This document shows, in pieces, positions 35,816-49,853 of a DNA stretch of 64,000 nt. Source of the stretch: Felis catus (lineage: Eukaryota). Where the stretch lies: positions 101,744,001 to 101,808,000 of the forward strand of contig NC_058373.1 in NCBI RefSeq assembly GCF_018350175.1, written 5' to 3'. The notes under the pieces are model-generated. The model had not been told where the DNA came from. It saw only the letters and a program-made list of their open reading frames with translations, and did not search any database. The position numbers and the translations under genes were made by a program. Every line of letters begins with the position of its first letter. Positions within the stretch are counted from its first letter, which is position 1.

Positions 35816-37761
35816 AGAAGAGATTGGAGATGATTGGCCCCCTGAAAAGATAGAAGTCTACGTCACTCTGTCTTCTGCATGTCAGCTTAATTTAATTCTC
35901 TATCATGTTGGGTCCTAAAAAAATTCAACCCTGGCCCAGTTTTCCTACATAACTTGTCAACACTTTTTCCCTTCAGTTGGTGAATGTGAAAAGCAGAAGT
36001 CATTTTGTTGAGAGAAATGTATAAGGACTTTATATCTGAAGCACTTTTCACTTAGGGTGTTGTAATTTTCTGTAATTTTCTGGACAAACCGACGGCAGGT
36101 CACATACATTTATACTCTCTGTTGTGAATAACTTGGATTTGCTTGTTTAGCTTGGGTGCTGTAGGGCTTCAGAGACTGAGTATGTGTTATAAACAGGTCC
36201 CCTCAAAGCAAGTAAGAGGCAGACAAACTTAACAGCAGTCCAGTTGGTTTGTTTATGTTGAAATAAACAAAGCTGGGTGAAATGAGTGTCAAAAGGGCTT
36301 GAGAAGTAGCCAGAGACTTCCCAGTGTGCCCTGCACAGGTGCGATTCTAAAGAGAACTGACAATGCCAGAGAAGACGAAATTCCTCTCTTCCTTGACCTG
36401 AGGAGAGATTTGGAGGTTTTCGTCTATGAGCGAAGGGCCTTGTATAACTCATCTGCTAGGAAAGGTGTGGTGCTTTTTTTTCTTTTTGAAATAGAATTAT
36501 TGCTTTGAGTTTTTGGCCCATTCCTTCCTTTCCGTCCCTCCTAATCATTCCTTCCAAGGCCTTACTGACTTCCACTGGGTCACATAGATTACGATGCAGA
36601 ATCCGATGTCTCCTCTGAGCTATTTTTTGCTTCTGTGGGAGCCACCTGAGGCAGGACTCTCCCAAAGAGAGCACATCTTTCAGAATGGGAGCCTTCCCCC
36701 TAGGTTTAGCTAGTCAAGGCTAGGGAAGCTACTACTCCAAAAGCCATTGTGGAGTTTGGGATGAACTGGCCTGCTTTTGTGCAGGAGCAGGTCACTCCGT
36801 GGGACTCATAGGCTAGTTGTAGGGTTTTGTTCCCACTCCACATATCAACATGTTAATACAGTTTTCCTTGTCTTGGTTTACTAGGAAAAAAAAATCAAAT
36901 GATTCACTGGTTTCTTTTACACAATAAACAATACCATTAAATGGCATCTGGGAAGGAGTATTAGGTAAGGAACTGTGGGACCAAGGTCCTCAACACATGT
37001 TAATTCACCAGATACCCCAGCAGATTGCTGGGTGCATGTCAAAATGTGAGGTAGGTGTAATGATTCTTCTCAAGGAGCTTACGCTTGAGTTGTGGAGGTA
37101 AAACAAATATAATGGTTAGACCAGAAAGAGTTACTACATGCTGTGGCTCCCATGAGAGAACAAGCCTGGAGTTGAACGAAAGGGAGGGGACAGGATAGGT
37201 CGGGTAGTCCAAAAATTATGAGTGGAAGAAGTTAACTTGACTGTGTCATTTGAAACAAGTGCTTTAAGGCTCACCCAATTCTTGCCTTTTTAGTATCTCC
37301 GATGTGAGTTTTATTAAGGAAACCACACATGTAGGGGGATTCCATGCATGAGCCATGGAAGGGGCAGGCTTCCTGGGCCTTTGAAGGGTGAGTATGAGTG
37401 TGTTAGAGATAGTGGAACACGATGCCTTTTGTTCATCAGGCGTGATTTCTTGAACGGAAGGAGTAATCCAAGCACTTCCGTGATTTCTAACATTTAAATG
37501 TAGGGACATGAAACATCTACTCACCTAATATTTGTATCCTTAAAATTATCCATAACATCATAAGACTTAGTTCTCTTGGCTCCTCCCAGGAGGATACTCT
37601 TATATGTTACTTTGATCGGAACTAGTGTTCAGCAGAAGCATTTTGAACACATATAGGAAGAGACAAAAGTGACTTACACTAGTTCTCAAAATATTATGTG
37701 CTCACAGATCACTTGGGGATCTTGTTAAGCTGACAACTCTGATTGAGGAGGTCGGTATTTC

Positions 37762-37992
37762 TTTTTTTTTTCAAAAAAAATTTTTTTAACGTTTATTCAT
37801 TTTTGAGAGACAGAGAGAGACAGAGCATGAGTGGGGAAGGGGCAGAGAGAGGAGGAGACACAGAATCCAAAGCAGGCTCCAGGTTCTGAGCTGTCAGCAC
37901 AGAGCTCGACACGGGGCTTGAACTCACGAACTGCGAGATCATGACCTGAGCCAAAGTCAGACGCTCAACTGACTGAGCCACCCAGGTGCCCC
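37762..37992 (-). mobile_element. Can-SINE inserted in a MER5-like remnant
   Basis: TSD AGGAGGTCGGTATTTCT. Confidence 0.94.
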
Positions 37993-39314
37993 AGGAGGTC
38001 GGTATTTCTAATAAGCCTCTGGGTTAAGCTGCTGCTGCCACAGAGCACTCTTTGAGTAGAAAGATCACAGACTTATTAGAGGTGGGAGGTAATGTTGAGG
38101 TCATTGATGTCTTGACTTTCAAGTTTTATGGATGTGTATCAGAAGAGTTTTGTTCGCAAATGAAAACTTGCACGAAAGCTTATGGGAAGTGGCTACGCTT
38201 ACCGCTTCCCACTCCGAACTTAACTCCAAGGAGAGCAGTTTGAAAATCATCTATCTGTGTGCAAGCACTATGATTTCTTCCCCTGGCTCAGAGACATTCA
38301 AACTGTCTCTCCCAGACCCGAAATGAGGCTGGGTTTGAAGAAGGCAGAGTTGGTCCCTGTTTGTAGCATTTCCCCGAGCTTTTTAGAGGTGCCCCTGCTG
38401 GAATTTCTAGGCATTCTAATCATCAGTGTCCCATGGAAAATGAGGCTCCAGGAGAGATTCATTTTTTGCTGATGCTATGGGCTGTAAAGTTGAACTGGAA
38501 AGAGCAGAAATGTTAATTCCAGAAACCGGATGGGAGAGATCTCTTCCTACTTCCCCAGTGCACTCCCATACAGCACAACCATCGGAATTTCTGGGGCAGC
38601 TCGGCCTGATCTGTCTGTAGAATTCAAGTGCTTGTGTGCAGCATAAATACATGTAGAACATCGTGTACATTTCTAGCTGTGTGAGGATGTGCACCAGATA
38701 CGTGATTGAAATGTGTGACTGAAATGGCGATGCTGAACCACTTTTGAATTTCTGAAGAGCCACAAAGGAACAGGGGAATCATTGAAACCTCAGTAAATAA
38801 CATTGTCTCGGTTTGTAAAAGAAAAAAGGAGGGAGGAAGTAGGTTCTGTGCAGGGACCTGTGAAGTTAACACTAATCTTGTGCCAGATACCAGAAGAGGA
38901 TTTGAAACTTGATTTGCCAGCGTTTGGACGAGGAGGTAGGAAGTGGTCTGGCTTTCCTAAGAATGGGAAGAATGGGTCCTGCAAAACTAAAGTAATTTCC
39001 TTTTTGATGGGGGAATGGGAAAGGAAGAGAGATAGCATACAAGAGAACTCTGTATTCTGGGAAGATCACAAGAATTCTGGTAGCCATCCCATATCTGAAT
39101 TTTAGCACAGCCTTTGACAAATCCCCTTGTTTCCTGCCGAATAAAATGGAGACATGGAAGCCTGGTCAGAGTGTAGTTATGTGGCCTTAGAGTGGCTCCC
39201 GTGACTTGACAGGCAGGCCTGGCTCCAGCCACTGTCAGCCTTAAGGGAGGACTTGGGTGTCCTGACTCGGAGCTACATGTTCTGCATCGTTATTCGTGTT
39301 GACATGTGACTCAG

Positions 39315-39770
39315 CCAGGGGTCCCCAAGAAAGCAGAGCCCTAGGCAAGGGCTGGTGTGCAGGTAGTTTATTTGGGGCATGCATCCCAGGGACAGGAAAG
39401 GGGACTGTGGAGAGAAGTGGAAGAACGGAAAGGTAACACAAGATGCTGTTATCTAGCTAGGCACTGCCGTGGACAACTTGGGCTCAGTCTCGTGGGGACT
39501 CCCTGAGGAACCATACTGAGTACCTCAGAAAGGATAGACAAGGTGGCATTTATCCCTGGCTCCTCTTTCCCCTTGGTCAAGGGCTGCCCCAGGGTATCGA
39601 GTCCCTGCACTACCAGTGTGAGGGCTGAGCCTTTTTCAGCATCCCACGATGTGCTGTCAGAGAAGCCCCAAGGCAGAAAGCTAGGGAGGAGTGGTAGAAC
39701 CGAAGCAGGTTGCTGTCTGAGGCCGGTGGCCACAGCAAGGACTACAGTATAAGCCGGGCTGAGAAGGTAT
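39315..39770 (-). mobile_element. MaLR (MLT1-like) LTR
   Basis: aagcagagccctaggcaagggctggtgtgcaggtagtttatttggg motif. Confidence 0.65.
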
Positions 39771-40489
39771 AGCTGTCAAACCCATGGATGAACCTAGAGG
39801 GGTAGCTGGGGGCTCGATGACAGATTCATGATCCAAAATATTTGAATATAACAAGATGGCTATTACATCACAGTAAGCATAGCCCCTACACTTGTCTTCC
39901 CTAGACCTCAGTCGGAAGAGGCACAGTTCAGTAGCAGCATGCAGGGAAAGGACTTCTGGCTTTTAGTAGACTTAGAGTTCAGAATGAATAATGACACGAT
40001 GTGGTTGCCCCCAAAGCCACTAAACCTTTAATAATACATTATATGCATACTATAGTATATAATAATATTGCCTTCAGAAGCAGGTCTTCTCTGCTGGCCA
40101 GACTGTCCCTTGAGTCGGGGGAGTGGTTCTGATACACACTTGGAGGGAGATGGACAGGTCAGGATGTGGCCAGAGGAAAGAGCATGGTGGGGCCCTTGAG
40201 GAACCAGGTGAACACTGAGGCTGGAGAAACAGTTGGGCAGAGAACGCGACGACTATCATTGGCTTCTTGAAAATCTGGCTTCCGGTTGAGGGCTTTAATT
40301 CCGTATCCATGTGGAGGGTAGTATATATCGAAGCTGAAGATCCTTTAGCTTAAAGTAAACAAAACTCTGTAATGATGAGAGCTCCCAGACAATGGCACAC
40401 GCTGCTGTGGGAGGCTATGGCTTGGCTTCCCCCAGAGGTGGGTGAGCATTCAGAACAGTGCAGGGCATGAAATAGTGCTTCTAAATAAG

Positions 40490-40640
40490 ACTGGCTCCTA
40501 TGTATTGAGCGCCTGCTCTGTGCCAGGCACATTACTGAAACCTTTGTATACATTATCTCATTTATTCCTCCTGACAACACTATGGAATGAGATAGGGACT
40601 GTCATTCCATTGGTTAGGGAGGAAATAGGCGATCTGACTT
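40490..40640 (-). mobile_element. MIR fragment
   Basis: tattgagcgcctgctctgtgccaggcac...atctcatttattcctc. Confidence 0.7.
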
Positions 40641-40867
40641 CCAAACTATTCTGCATGCTTTTCCACTGTAAGGACTCAGTGGGTTTCTTTAAAAAAAGAG
40701 ACTGTGACCTCTTGGATGACCTCCAAAGTGCCTTCTAACCTTAAGAGTCAATGGCTTATGTGAGTCAGGAATAAAGGTAAGAAAACAAAGCTGCCGGGAC
40801 CAGAGGAGAAAAAGAGAGAGAGACAATATGAGTGAATGAATAACTGTATGAGTAAGGGTGGTCTTTC

Positions 40868-41023
40868 TTTTTTTTTTTTTTTTTTTGAGACAGAGAGCAT
40901 AAGCAGGGGAGAGGGGCAGAATAAGAGAGAGAGAGGTGGGGCTTGATCCCACAACCCTGGGATCATGTCCTGAGCTGAAATCAAGAATCGGTTGCTCAAC
41001 AGACAGAGCCACCCAGGCACCCC
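40868..41023 (-). mobile_element. Can-SINE (internally deleted)
   Basis: Head and tail recognisable. Confidence 0.88.
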
Positions 41024-41707
41024 AAATAAAAATCTTCTTCAAATTCTTTCCAGTGTATTTCTTCTATACTTCTTGACCTGTTTGTGCCACAGATTTGTGG
41101 CTTTTTATATAAGAAATATATGGAGTGATTTTCTGTTCCTTTTTGAAATAGGCAGTGGGGTGGGGCTAGATCACCATGATGAGTAAGGCTACCCTGTTCG
41201 AGAAAAGTTGTAATGAACTGAATTGGATCTTGTTTTTGTTTTTGTTTTTGATCACACAAGCCCCGAGTATGTCAGTCATTTATTAGCAAAGGTAACTCGT
41301 AATTGCAGTCTCTATCTCCAGATCTCTGTTTTCTCCGCGTGGTTCTAAAAGTGACCATATGACACATTCTTTGTACGGTAATAGCTACCTTTTCTTTCTT
41401 TTTTTTAAAAAGCACTTTCTATGTGTCAGACACTATGCAGATAGCTACACATACACACAACTGCTATCTCCAGTTATTGAATAGACGAATAATACAGAGA
41501 AGCAGAACTAATGGTTGTGAAAATTAAATACAGTATATCGCAGTAATTAGATAATGTGCTTATTATCCAGAGTTTAGCACGGAGTAAGTGCCAATTAACT
41601 GGTTTCAAAATTACGTAAATCCACAAAGTAGATATTATCTCCGTGTTACAGATAAGGAAGCTTGGGTCAAAAGCAATTGGAAATGTACTAAGGTGTCTGA
41701 GGTGTTC

Positions 41708-41920
41708 TTTTTTTTTTTTTAAGTTTATTTATTTTGAGAGGGACAGAAACAGTGTGAGTGGGGGAGTGGCATAGAGAGAGGGAGAGAGAGAATCCCAAGG
41801 AGGCTCTGTACTGCCAGTGCAGAGCCCTACTCTGGGCTTGAACTCAAGAAACCGTGAGATCTTGACCTGAACCAAAACCAGGAGTCAGATGCTTAACTGC
41901 CTGAGCCACCCAGGAACCCC
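41708..41920 (-). mobile_element. Can-SINE
   Basis: Head and tail recognisable. Confidence 0.9.
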
Positions 41921-42769
41921 AGGTATTTCTGATCCAAAAACCCATGTTGAACCCTCACCACCACCTGAATGCTGCAGGTCTCGTCCAGTTCTTAGGTAAA
42001 TAAAAACGTTGGCGTTTAAATGAAAAGTACTTAAGGATATTTAGTGATAATTTTAATGTTTCACTCTAACATTTTATCAATCTAATCTTGGAAGAATTCT
42101 TTTCAGCTTGTCCATTTTAATCCTATGTACCTTGATGTGGCTTGCCTTCTTGTTCCCATTGGCTTTTCTTTTTTTTTTTAAATTAGTGAAAAGCATTGAT
42201 TCAGACATTTCCCTTCCTGTAAGGAAGACTCCTGGAACAGAGACTTCTGCTGCCTGTGCATGAACGGGCAGGACTTGGGGAAGGCAACAGGCTCTGCAAG
42301 CTGCCGAGAGGAAAGAATGAGGAATGTGTTATCTAATAGCTCATGGCATCCTTGACGTTGACAAACTAGCAATTGATGAGCTGGGTCAGGATCTCCTTAG
42401 GATCTGGAATTGGGCAAAGCACCAACTTGAGTGCTGTAAATTAAAACAAGCTCTCCCATTGTTTGTAAATGGTGGAAAATTTCTGAAGATTGCTTTAGGA
42501 AAACCTATGTTTTAGTTGGTGTAAAAGTGAATCCTGCTTATTTCATTGTCTAAACAGCATACAATTCAGGAGTTGGGAGAGACTTTATCTATGCCAGCCC
42601 CTCTGTTGAAGATTTGGGATGACCGAGGTCAGCTGAGGGTACCTGCTGATGGGGAAGGTCTGGTGTTACAGTCAGTCACTTTCTGGCCATCTGTGTATGA
42701 CCCAGACCTTGGTATTGTGCCACTTGCCCACGGCTGCCACAGTCACCACATTTGACTACTATTTGATGC

Positions 42770-42946
42770 TTTATTTATTTAGAGAGCACAGGAGGGGCAG
42801 AGAGAGAGAGAGGGAGAGAAAGAGAATCCTAAGCAGGCTCCACACTGTCAGTGTGGAGCCTGATGTGGCTCCAAGAACTGCAAGATCATGACCTGAGCCG
42901 AAATCAAGAGTTGGACACTTAACCGACTGAGCCACCCAGGCGCCCC
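42770..42946 (-). mobile_element. Can-SINE
   Basis: TSD CTATTTGATGCT. Confidence 0.92.
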
Positions 42947-43767
42947 TATTTGATGCTCTATTTACCTGAGGTCAAAGAACAAGTTGGTCTCCTCAAAGTC
43001 ACTTCTAGCCCCCTCTCTTTGTTGTTTCTTTAGTCACCACAAAGCACAGATTCGTTTTTATTGGAAGATGATTGGCATTCATATTTTGAAACTCCAGAGA
43101 GTTATGGCATAGAAAGGTTTGGCTTTGTTTTAGCATGATCACAGTTCCATAATGTCCTCTTGCTTTATGGGGACTCTGCCTGGGCCACTCTGGAATCATT
43201 CGAAATCCCAGCAGAGAACTAGGTGTTGCTTATGGCTGCCCCCATGCCTATGAGGGGATATCGTTCACTGGTTGGTTAAGCAGTTCCTTCACATGGTGAT
43301 GTAGTTGACCAAGCACGACTCCTCCTGAGGGTGTCTGTCGACCCGTTAGGGCTCGCTGGCACCCTGCAGGTACTTTCTTTACAGCATAAGTCATGGGGTC
43401 TTGTCATCATCCACCTTCCAGAGTAGCCTTTGGCTTAGTCACTTTCCTCCTCTAGCACCTAATAATGTGCATGGCACATAGGTGGTCTTGGTATGTCTTT
43501 ATTGAAAGAATGGATGAATGAGTACAAAAAATTTAACTCATAGTCCATTAGTCCACAAAGGGTTTACAACTTGGTTGTGAGAAAAACCTAACTGCAAAAA
43601 GATTTAACAAATAAAATAGGACAAGATGATAATCCTAGTGCTGTTATCAAGAGGTATGTGATAAAGGGCCAGAGAAGATGAGAGAAATAGATGCTGTGAT
43701 GTTTCAATCCCTTACAGAAGCCCTGGGTTGGGGTCTTGCTATCCTTACTTAGAAGTGTGTCACCTTA

Positions 43768-43929
43768 GGGGCCCCTGGGTGGCTCAGTCATGTGAGTCTC
43801 CGACTTCGGCTCAGGTCGTGATCTCACAGCTCATGAGTTTGAGCCCTGCATCAGGATCTGTGCTGATAGCTCAGAGCCTGGACCTTACTTCAGATTCTGT
43901 GTCTCCCTCTCTCTCTGCCCCTCCCCTGC

Positions 43930-43964
<35 letters not shown>

Positions 43965-43985
43965 AATAAACATAAAGTTCATAAG
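43768..43985 (+). mobile_element. Can-SINE inserted in a MIR
   Basis: TSD AGAAGTGTGTCACCTTA; MIR core ctcagttttctcatctgtgaatgg follows at about 44026. Confidence 0.94.
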
Positions 43986-44699
43986 AGAAGTGTGTCACCT
44001 TATAAAAATTACTCAAACTCTGAGACTCAGTTTTCTCATCTGTGAATGGAGTTACCCCTCTGAAAGTCACAGGGATATTACCAGGATGAAATGGGATTAT
44101 ATATGCGTATAGTACTTTGTAAACCACATCGTGTTATACAGTGCGGGGTAACATTATTCTCAAAGGACTAACTGAAACAGTGGGGTAAAAAATTCAGGAA
44201 TGTCAGTGTTTAAAAGGTCTAAGAAAAGATAAGCATGGCTTTTTTTTTTTTTTTTCAGAGGTTTTGCCAATTAGCAAGAGATGAAATTAAGCACAGGATC
44301 CTCTCGATGGAACACTGGCCACCTCTGGGTCTGGAAAAAGGGCTGTATCTGACGATTCAGTCAGGACTTGGAGCCGTATGGCCCACAGTCCCCACAGCCT
44401 GGCCTGACTGTAACTTGTCAAAGTTCCATTTGTGTCCACTTTCATCCTTTTAACTGATGAGATCGTTGGGTGCTCTCTCTTCGGGTATGAAGGACTTAGA
44501 TGTCAGTGCTAAAGAATGTCTTTCGGGGAAAGCTACCCAAGATGCTGTGTTGTCACCACCATCCTGCTGCCTGTAGATATTACAGTATGAGTGTTCATGG
44601 AGTCACTGATTCTGTGCAGAAACTGGCACTTCTGGATCCTTTACAGATTTGTGATGATTAAGATTTAGGGTGCGGTTTTTTTTAGTTTTATCACTAATA

Positions 44700-44919
44700 T
44701 TAAAAAAATTTTTTTAATGTTTATTTTTGAGAGAGAGACAGAGACCGAGTGGGAGAGGGGCAGAGAGAGAGAGAGAGAGGGAGACACAGAATCCAAAGCA
44801 GGCTCCAGGCTCTGAGCTGTCAGCATGGAGCCTGATGCAGGGCTTGAACTCACGAACCGTGAAATCATGACCTGAGCTGAAGTCGGATGCTTAATTAACT
44901 GAACCACCCAGGCGCCCCC
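44700..44919 (-). mobile_element. Can-SINE
   Basis: Full-length. Confidence 0.92.
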
Positions 44920-44959
44920 AAAGCAGGCTTATAATACTTCTTAGCTTATAAGATTTTAA

Positions 44960-45167
44960 GATTTTTTGTTTATTTATTTTTGAGAGAGAGACACACAGCG
45001 TGCGAGCAAGGGAGGGGTAGAGAGAGAGGTAGACACAGAATCTGAGGAAGGTTCCAGGCTCTAGGCTGTCAGCATGGAATCTGACACGGAGCTTGAACCC
45101 ATGAACCGTTAGATAACGACCTGAGCCGAAGTCGGACGCCTAACTGACGGAGCCACCCAAGTGTCCC
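44960..45167 (-). mobile_element. Can-SINE
   Basis: Full-length, tandem to the previous copy. Confidence 0.9.
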
Positions 45168-46290
45168 ATTTTTTTATTAATTATTATTCATAAAAGTTAC
45201 TGTCCAACTTAAAACCATTTAGTAGGAAATCTTTGCATATTTTTGTATACCTCAGCTAAACAAAATAATTATGCTTTGCTTTTTATTCTTTAATATTGCT
45301 TCCACCTTTACCTGTCGCTGAACAAGTGTTAGTTGGAAAAGAAGAATGGTTTCTTGTCGTTTGTTTTTAACAAAACCTCCCTATTCTCACATTTCCTTTC
45401 TGTGGCAGAATGAGCTGTGTTAGCAAATTTTCCAGATTATTGTGGTACTTGCCGATGATCTGAGCATAGTTAAAATATTGAAATTGTGAGCTGTAAGGTC
45501 AAACTTGAACCTCTTGTGTGATTCTGCTATTATGCTGTGGGTGGGTTATGTAGAAATAATTGTGGTCCGTCTATGATGCATGCATGGTATTTTAGGCAGA
45601 AAGAATGTGGATGTGAATCGCTGTTGCTGGTTTTCTTTAAGACTCTCCCACTTCTCATGGAGAGAGATGGCAAGACTCCCAGAGTTAAAAAAGGAAATGC
45701 TTGGGTATTTTGTTGAGCTCCTCAAGAGTTAAAGCGGCAGTGTTCATCAGCTGTTGTTCGGCCCTTGGATAGAGCGGATATGGGTGTGTGAAGGCAGAGA
45801 AGGAGGTGCCCCAGGATCCCTGGTGCTCCCACACCCTCTCTACACACCTCCAGCTCAACACTCAGCACGCTGGATGGCAATTCTCATGTTAGCTGAGGAA
45901 CTGTACCAGAGTAAAGGAAACTACAGAGAGGTGTCTTAGATCTAAGTGCAACAAGGAGTTCTGGATTGGAGCCCAGATTGGGGGGGAAAAACATTGCCAT
46001 AAATGATAGTGGGACAATTGGTGAAACTTAAATGTGGACTATATCCATTATAGGGGATAATATTATATCATTTTTAAATTTCCTTATTATAGTTAAACCT
46101 TGGTCACATCAGAAGATGTCCTTATTTTTAGGAGATGCATACTGAAGTCTTTTGGGATAAAGGAACATGATGTCTGCAACTTACTCTCAAACGGTTACAT
46201 ATAAGGCGACAAAGGTTAAGAATTAGTGAATCTTGGTGAAATGTACGTGAGGGTACATTTTTAAAAATAAAAAGTTCAAAATGTTTATCT

Positions 46291-46510
46291 TTAAAAAAAT
46301 TTTTTTTTTTTGTGTTTCTTTATTTTGAGAGAGAGAGAGACAGTGTGAGCAGGCAAGGGGCAGAGAGAGAGGGAGACACAGGATCCGAAGCAGGCTCCAG
46401 GCTCTGAGCTGATAGCACAGAGCCCGACGCAGGGCTTGGACTCAGGAACCATGAGATCATGTTCTGAGCCAAAGTCGGATGCTCAACGCACTGAGTCACC
46501 CAGGCGCCCC
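46291..46510 (-). mobile_element. Can-SINE
   Basis: Full-length; TSD CAAAATGTTTA-like. Confidence 0.92.
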
Positions 46511-46594
46511 AAAAATGTTTACCTATTTATATCAATATCCTGCACTAGAACATTGGCTCCGGGAGGGAAGGGCCTGTGTTTTATCACCTTTGTT

Positions 46595-46998
46595 TAAAAT
46601 ACAGGATGTCTAGATAAAATACAGGATAAAATACAGGATGTCTAGTTAACTTTGAATTGAATAATGCGGGCATACTTATATCACTTATAGTGATAAAAAA
46701 CTGTTTGTGGTGAATCTGCAACTCAAAGTTGACTGGAGGTCCTGTATTTTTTTTTAATTCTTTTTTAATGTTTATTCATTTTGGAGAGACGGAGACAGAG
46801 CGTGAGTGGGGGAGGGGCAGAGAGAGAGGGAGACACAGAATCTGAGGCAGGCTCCAGGCTCTGAGCTGTCAGCACAGAGCCTGATGCGGGGCTTGAACTC
46901 ACGGACTGTGAGATCACGACCTGAGCCGAAGTCGGATGCTCAACCAACTGAGCCACCCCGAGGTCCTGTACTTTTATATGCCATATCTGGCAACTCTG
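46595..46998. mobile_element. MER53-like palindromic DNA transposon split by a SINE
   Basis: taaaatacagga...agttaactttgaatt left arm; tcaaagttgactgg...tcctgtatttt...atctggcaac right arm. Confidence 0.7.
46747..46959 (-). mobile_element. Can-SINE
   Basis: TSD GAGGTCCTGTA. Confidence 0.94.
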
Positions 46999-49136
46999 CC
47001 CTGAACCAGCAAGTGTCCCTAGTAACAGCAGAGTGAGTGACACCTGGGACGTGTTCCTCTGTTATGGGGAATGAGTGACGTGTCTTTTCAGAATTCTGTT
47101 CTATAGCTCCTATTAGATAAAACCCCTTGTGTCTGAGCATGGAGCTGGGACTTTACCTGTTCTTGGACATGATCTCCATGTCCTTCTCTCTTTGATTGAT
47201 CTTTTTCTCTTTGAGCTGCTTGGAGCTTTCTCCATTTCTCTATAGTTGGTGGAGTCAGCTGGGTTACATTTTATACTAAGTTACCCACATCCTGACACTC
47301 CTGACAGTTTTAAGATCTTCTCCTAACACACTTGAGTAGAATGGATACTGGAATCTATTTTGACAGCTGTTGGAAATCTAGGCTGTTGCTGCAGCAGGTT
47401 AAGGAGGTTATTTGTAACACTGATATTATTCAGTGAACTTTTTGAAAAGATGTGCACACTGTTCAGACAAATGGTATTTTATAGCATTTAAATGATTATG
47501 CTGTTCACAGTTAAATTATCGAATATAATGGTCTTAGGAATTCTACACTTCGTAATATTTTCCATTAATTTTCCCCACTGATGTAGTAATAGTGCATTAC
47601 AATGTTCTCAATTACCAGTGCCTTCTAAAATGCAGGTGTGGAGTTTTTAAATACAGCTACTTTATTGCCAGCTGTCCCATTGATAACCTTCCCCTTCAAA
47701 GTGACCTTTAAGCAATTTCATAAAGAATGAATATTTATAGTATTTTGTTGTTGAGCTGCTAAAAGAGGGGTCTATGCAAGTAACAGGTGGCTTCAGTTGG
47801 CCTGCTTTCACTGAAATGCGATTCAAATAAAGCACTGCATTATTTTACCATTGGAATTGTGATTAAGTGCTAGACTGACTTCATTTTTGGCAAATTATGT
47901 TTCAGTGTTGAGGTTTGGGTTTAGGGTGGGGTGTCTTACATGTGCGGGAGTTGGAAAGCCTACAATAAGACATAGCAGCTGAGGGATAAAACATCCAGGG
48001 TCTTTATGCAGCAGAGGAATTTTTACCAGAGGAACTGTTCTACTGGGCTTTAGGCTTAAGGGCAACTGTTCAGATTAACCCTCTAGACTTGAATTTTCTT
48101 TTATCTAGGTTCCAAAGCACTGAAGAAGGCTCTGTCACATGAATGATCAGTACAGTGCTTAGCACCTAGTAGGCGCTCAAAGTAAAATTTGTTTGATGGA
48201 ATGAACTAGATAATTATATTTGGGTTATTATTTAACTTTCAATATGATTTAATTACTTGAAATAGAAGATCTTTCAGTTACTGCCCTTTACCCAATTGCT
48301 TGGCAACACAATTGTTAACATGTTTTCTGATTAAAATAAATGTTCCAAGCTAAGTTTATACTAGATCAGATTATAATATAAAGAATTAGAAGCATTAAAT
48401 GGATGAGATGGAATTTGACACAAAAGCTATTACTGAGAAGTCTATTTTATTAAGTATATTTTCTTCTGTGTCTGAAAAGATTTATCAAATTGTGTAAATC
48501 AGGTCCTAGCAAATTGGGTAGATGGGTTTTTAAAAAGACAGCATTCTTAGAAGAATTGCATTTCTATGATAGAAAAATTGAAAAAGGGAGAAAATCACAT
48601 AAATAGCACCTATGATTCTGTTTCTCCTTTTATTGAATTTATAGTGTTCTTTCCTACCACAAATACATGAATAAATTTGTTTACACACATACACAGAATA
48701 AGGGCCATATGAACATATTGTAGTAGTATATATGTGTTTATATGCTGTTCTGTGAAAAAATATATTTAAACTGCCTTTTTAAACTGAATATGTCATTTGT
48801 ATATTACTGCGTTGCCATGAATTGTTTTACAGCAATGTTTTTAGTGACTGTATAGCATTTCATGGTATGGTTGTGCCTTACATGGTCATTTAGGTTTTTT
48901 CCAGTTGTTTGCAATGCTGTGATAACCATCCTTTACAGCGTGGTTATTACTTTGAATCTATACCTGTAAATGCAGTTTCTGGGTCACACATTCTTAAAAT
49001 TTTGCATACAGTGTGTTAGCCATGTTGTCCTTCTGAAAGTTTCACCCAGTGAATGTTCCCGTGAACGTTTAAGTATTGACTTGCTGTACGTTTTTTTCTA
49101 CTATAGCTATTATTAAAAACAAACAAAAGACATCTT

Positions 49137-49348
49137 TAAAAAAATTTTTTAATGTTTATTTATTTGAGAGAGAGAGAGGCAGAGCATGGGTGGGGGGCAG
49201 AGAGAGAGGGAGACGCAGACTCCGAAAAAGGCTCCAGACCCTGAGCTATCAGTACAGAACCAGATGCAGGGCTCAAACTCATGAACCACGAGATCATGAC
49301 CTGAGCTGAAGTTGAATGTTCACCTGACTGAGCCACCCAGGTGTCCCC
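49137..49348 (-). mobile_element. Can-SINE
   Basis: TSD AAAA(G/C)ACATCTTT. Confidence 0.92.
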
Positions 49349-49853
49349 AAAACACATCTTTTTGATAGGCTCTTATTATTTTCAGGTGCCTTTCTTTGAT
49401 GATACTTTTTCCTATATTTATGGTACAGTTGTGGTTTTTATTCTCTGTGTCCCTTTTCCATTAGCACATTTGTTTTTACTTTCTAATTTATGAGCACTTT
49501 TTATTATATATATGGGTTTTTTTCTTAACATTTTTTATAATGTGACCATGTTGAGGTGTGTTAAATTTTGATGCAGTCTATGGTAGGAAAACGACTTTTG
49601 AGAGCAAGTGATATTTCTATGCAAAGTTTGTCTCCCTCTTTGTGGTGTCATTTACTTTTCCAGAAGGAAAGAAGAGGTAACTGCTCGGTTTTACTTTAAT
49701 CCTCTCAGGAAGGTTTTAAGTTATTAAAACGTATACAGCTTATATATTAAGAATCAAGACATTTCTGTATTTGCATTGTCTTTTTGAACAGTATGTTGAA
49801 GAGCTCGAATTAGTACTTTTATCCTAGAAAGTTCTCATTTTAGAGTTTGTTCT

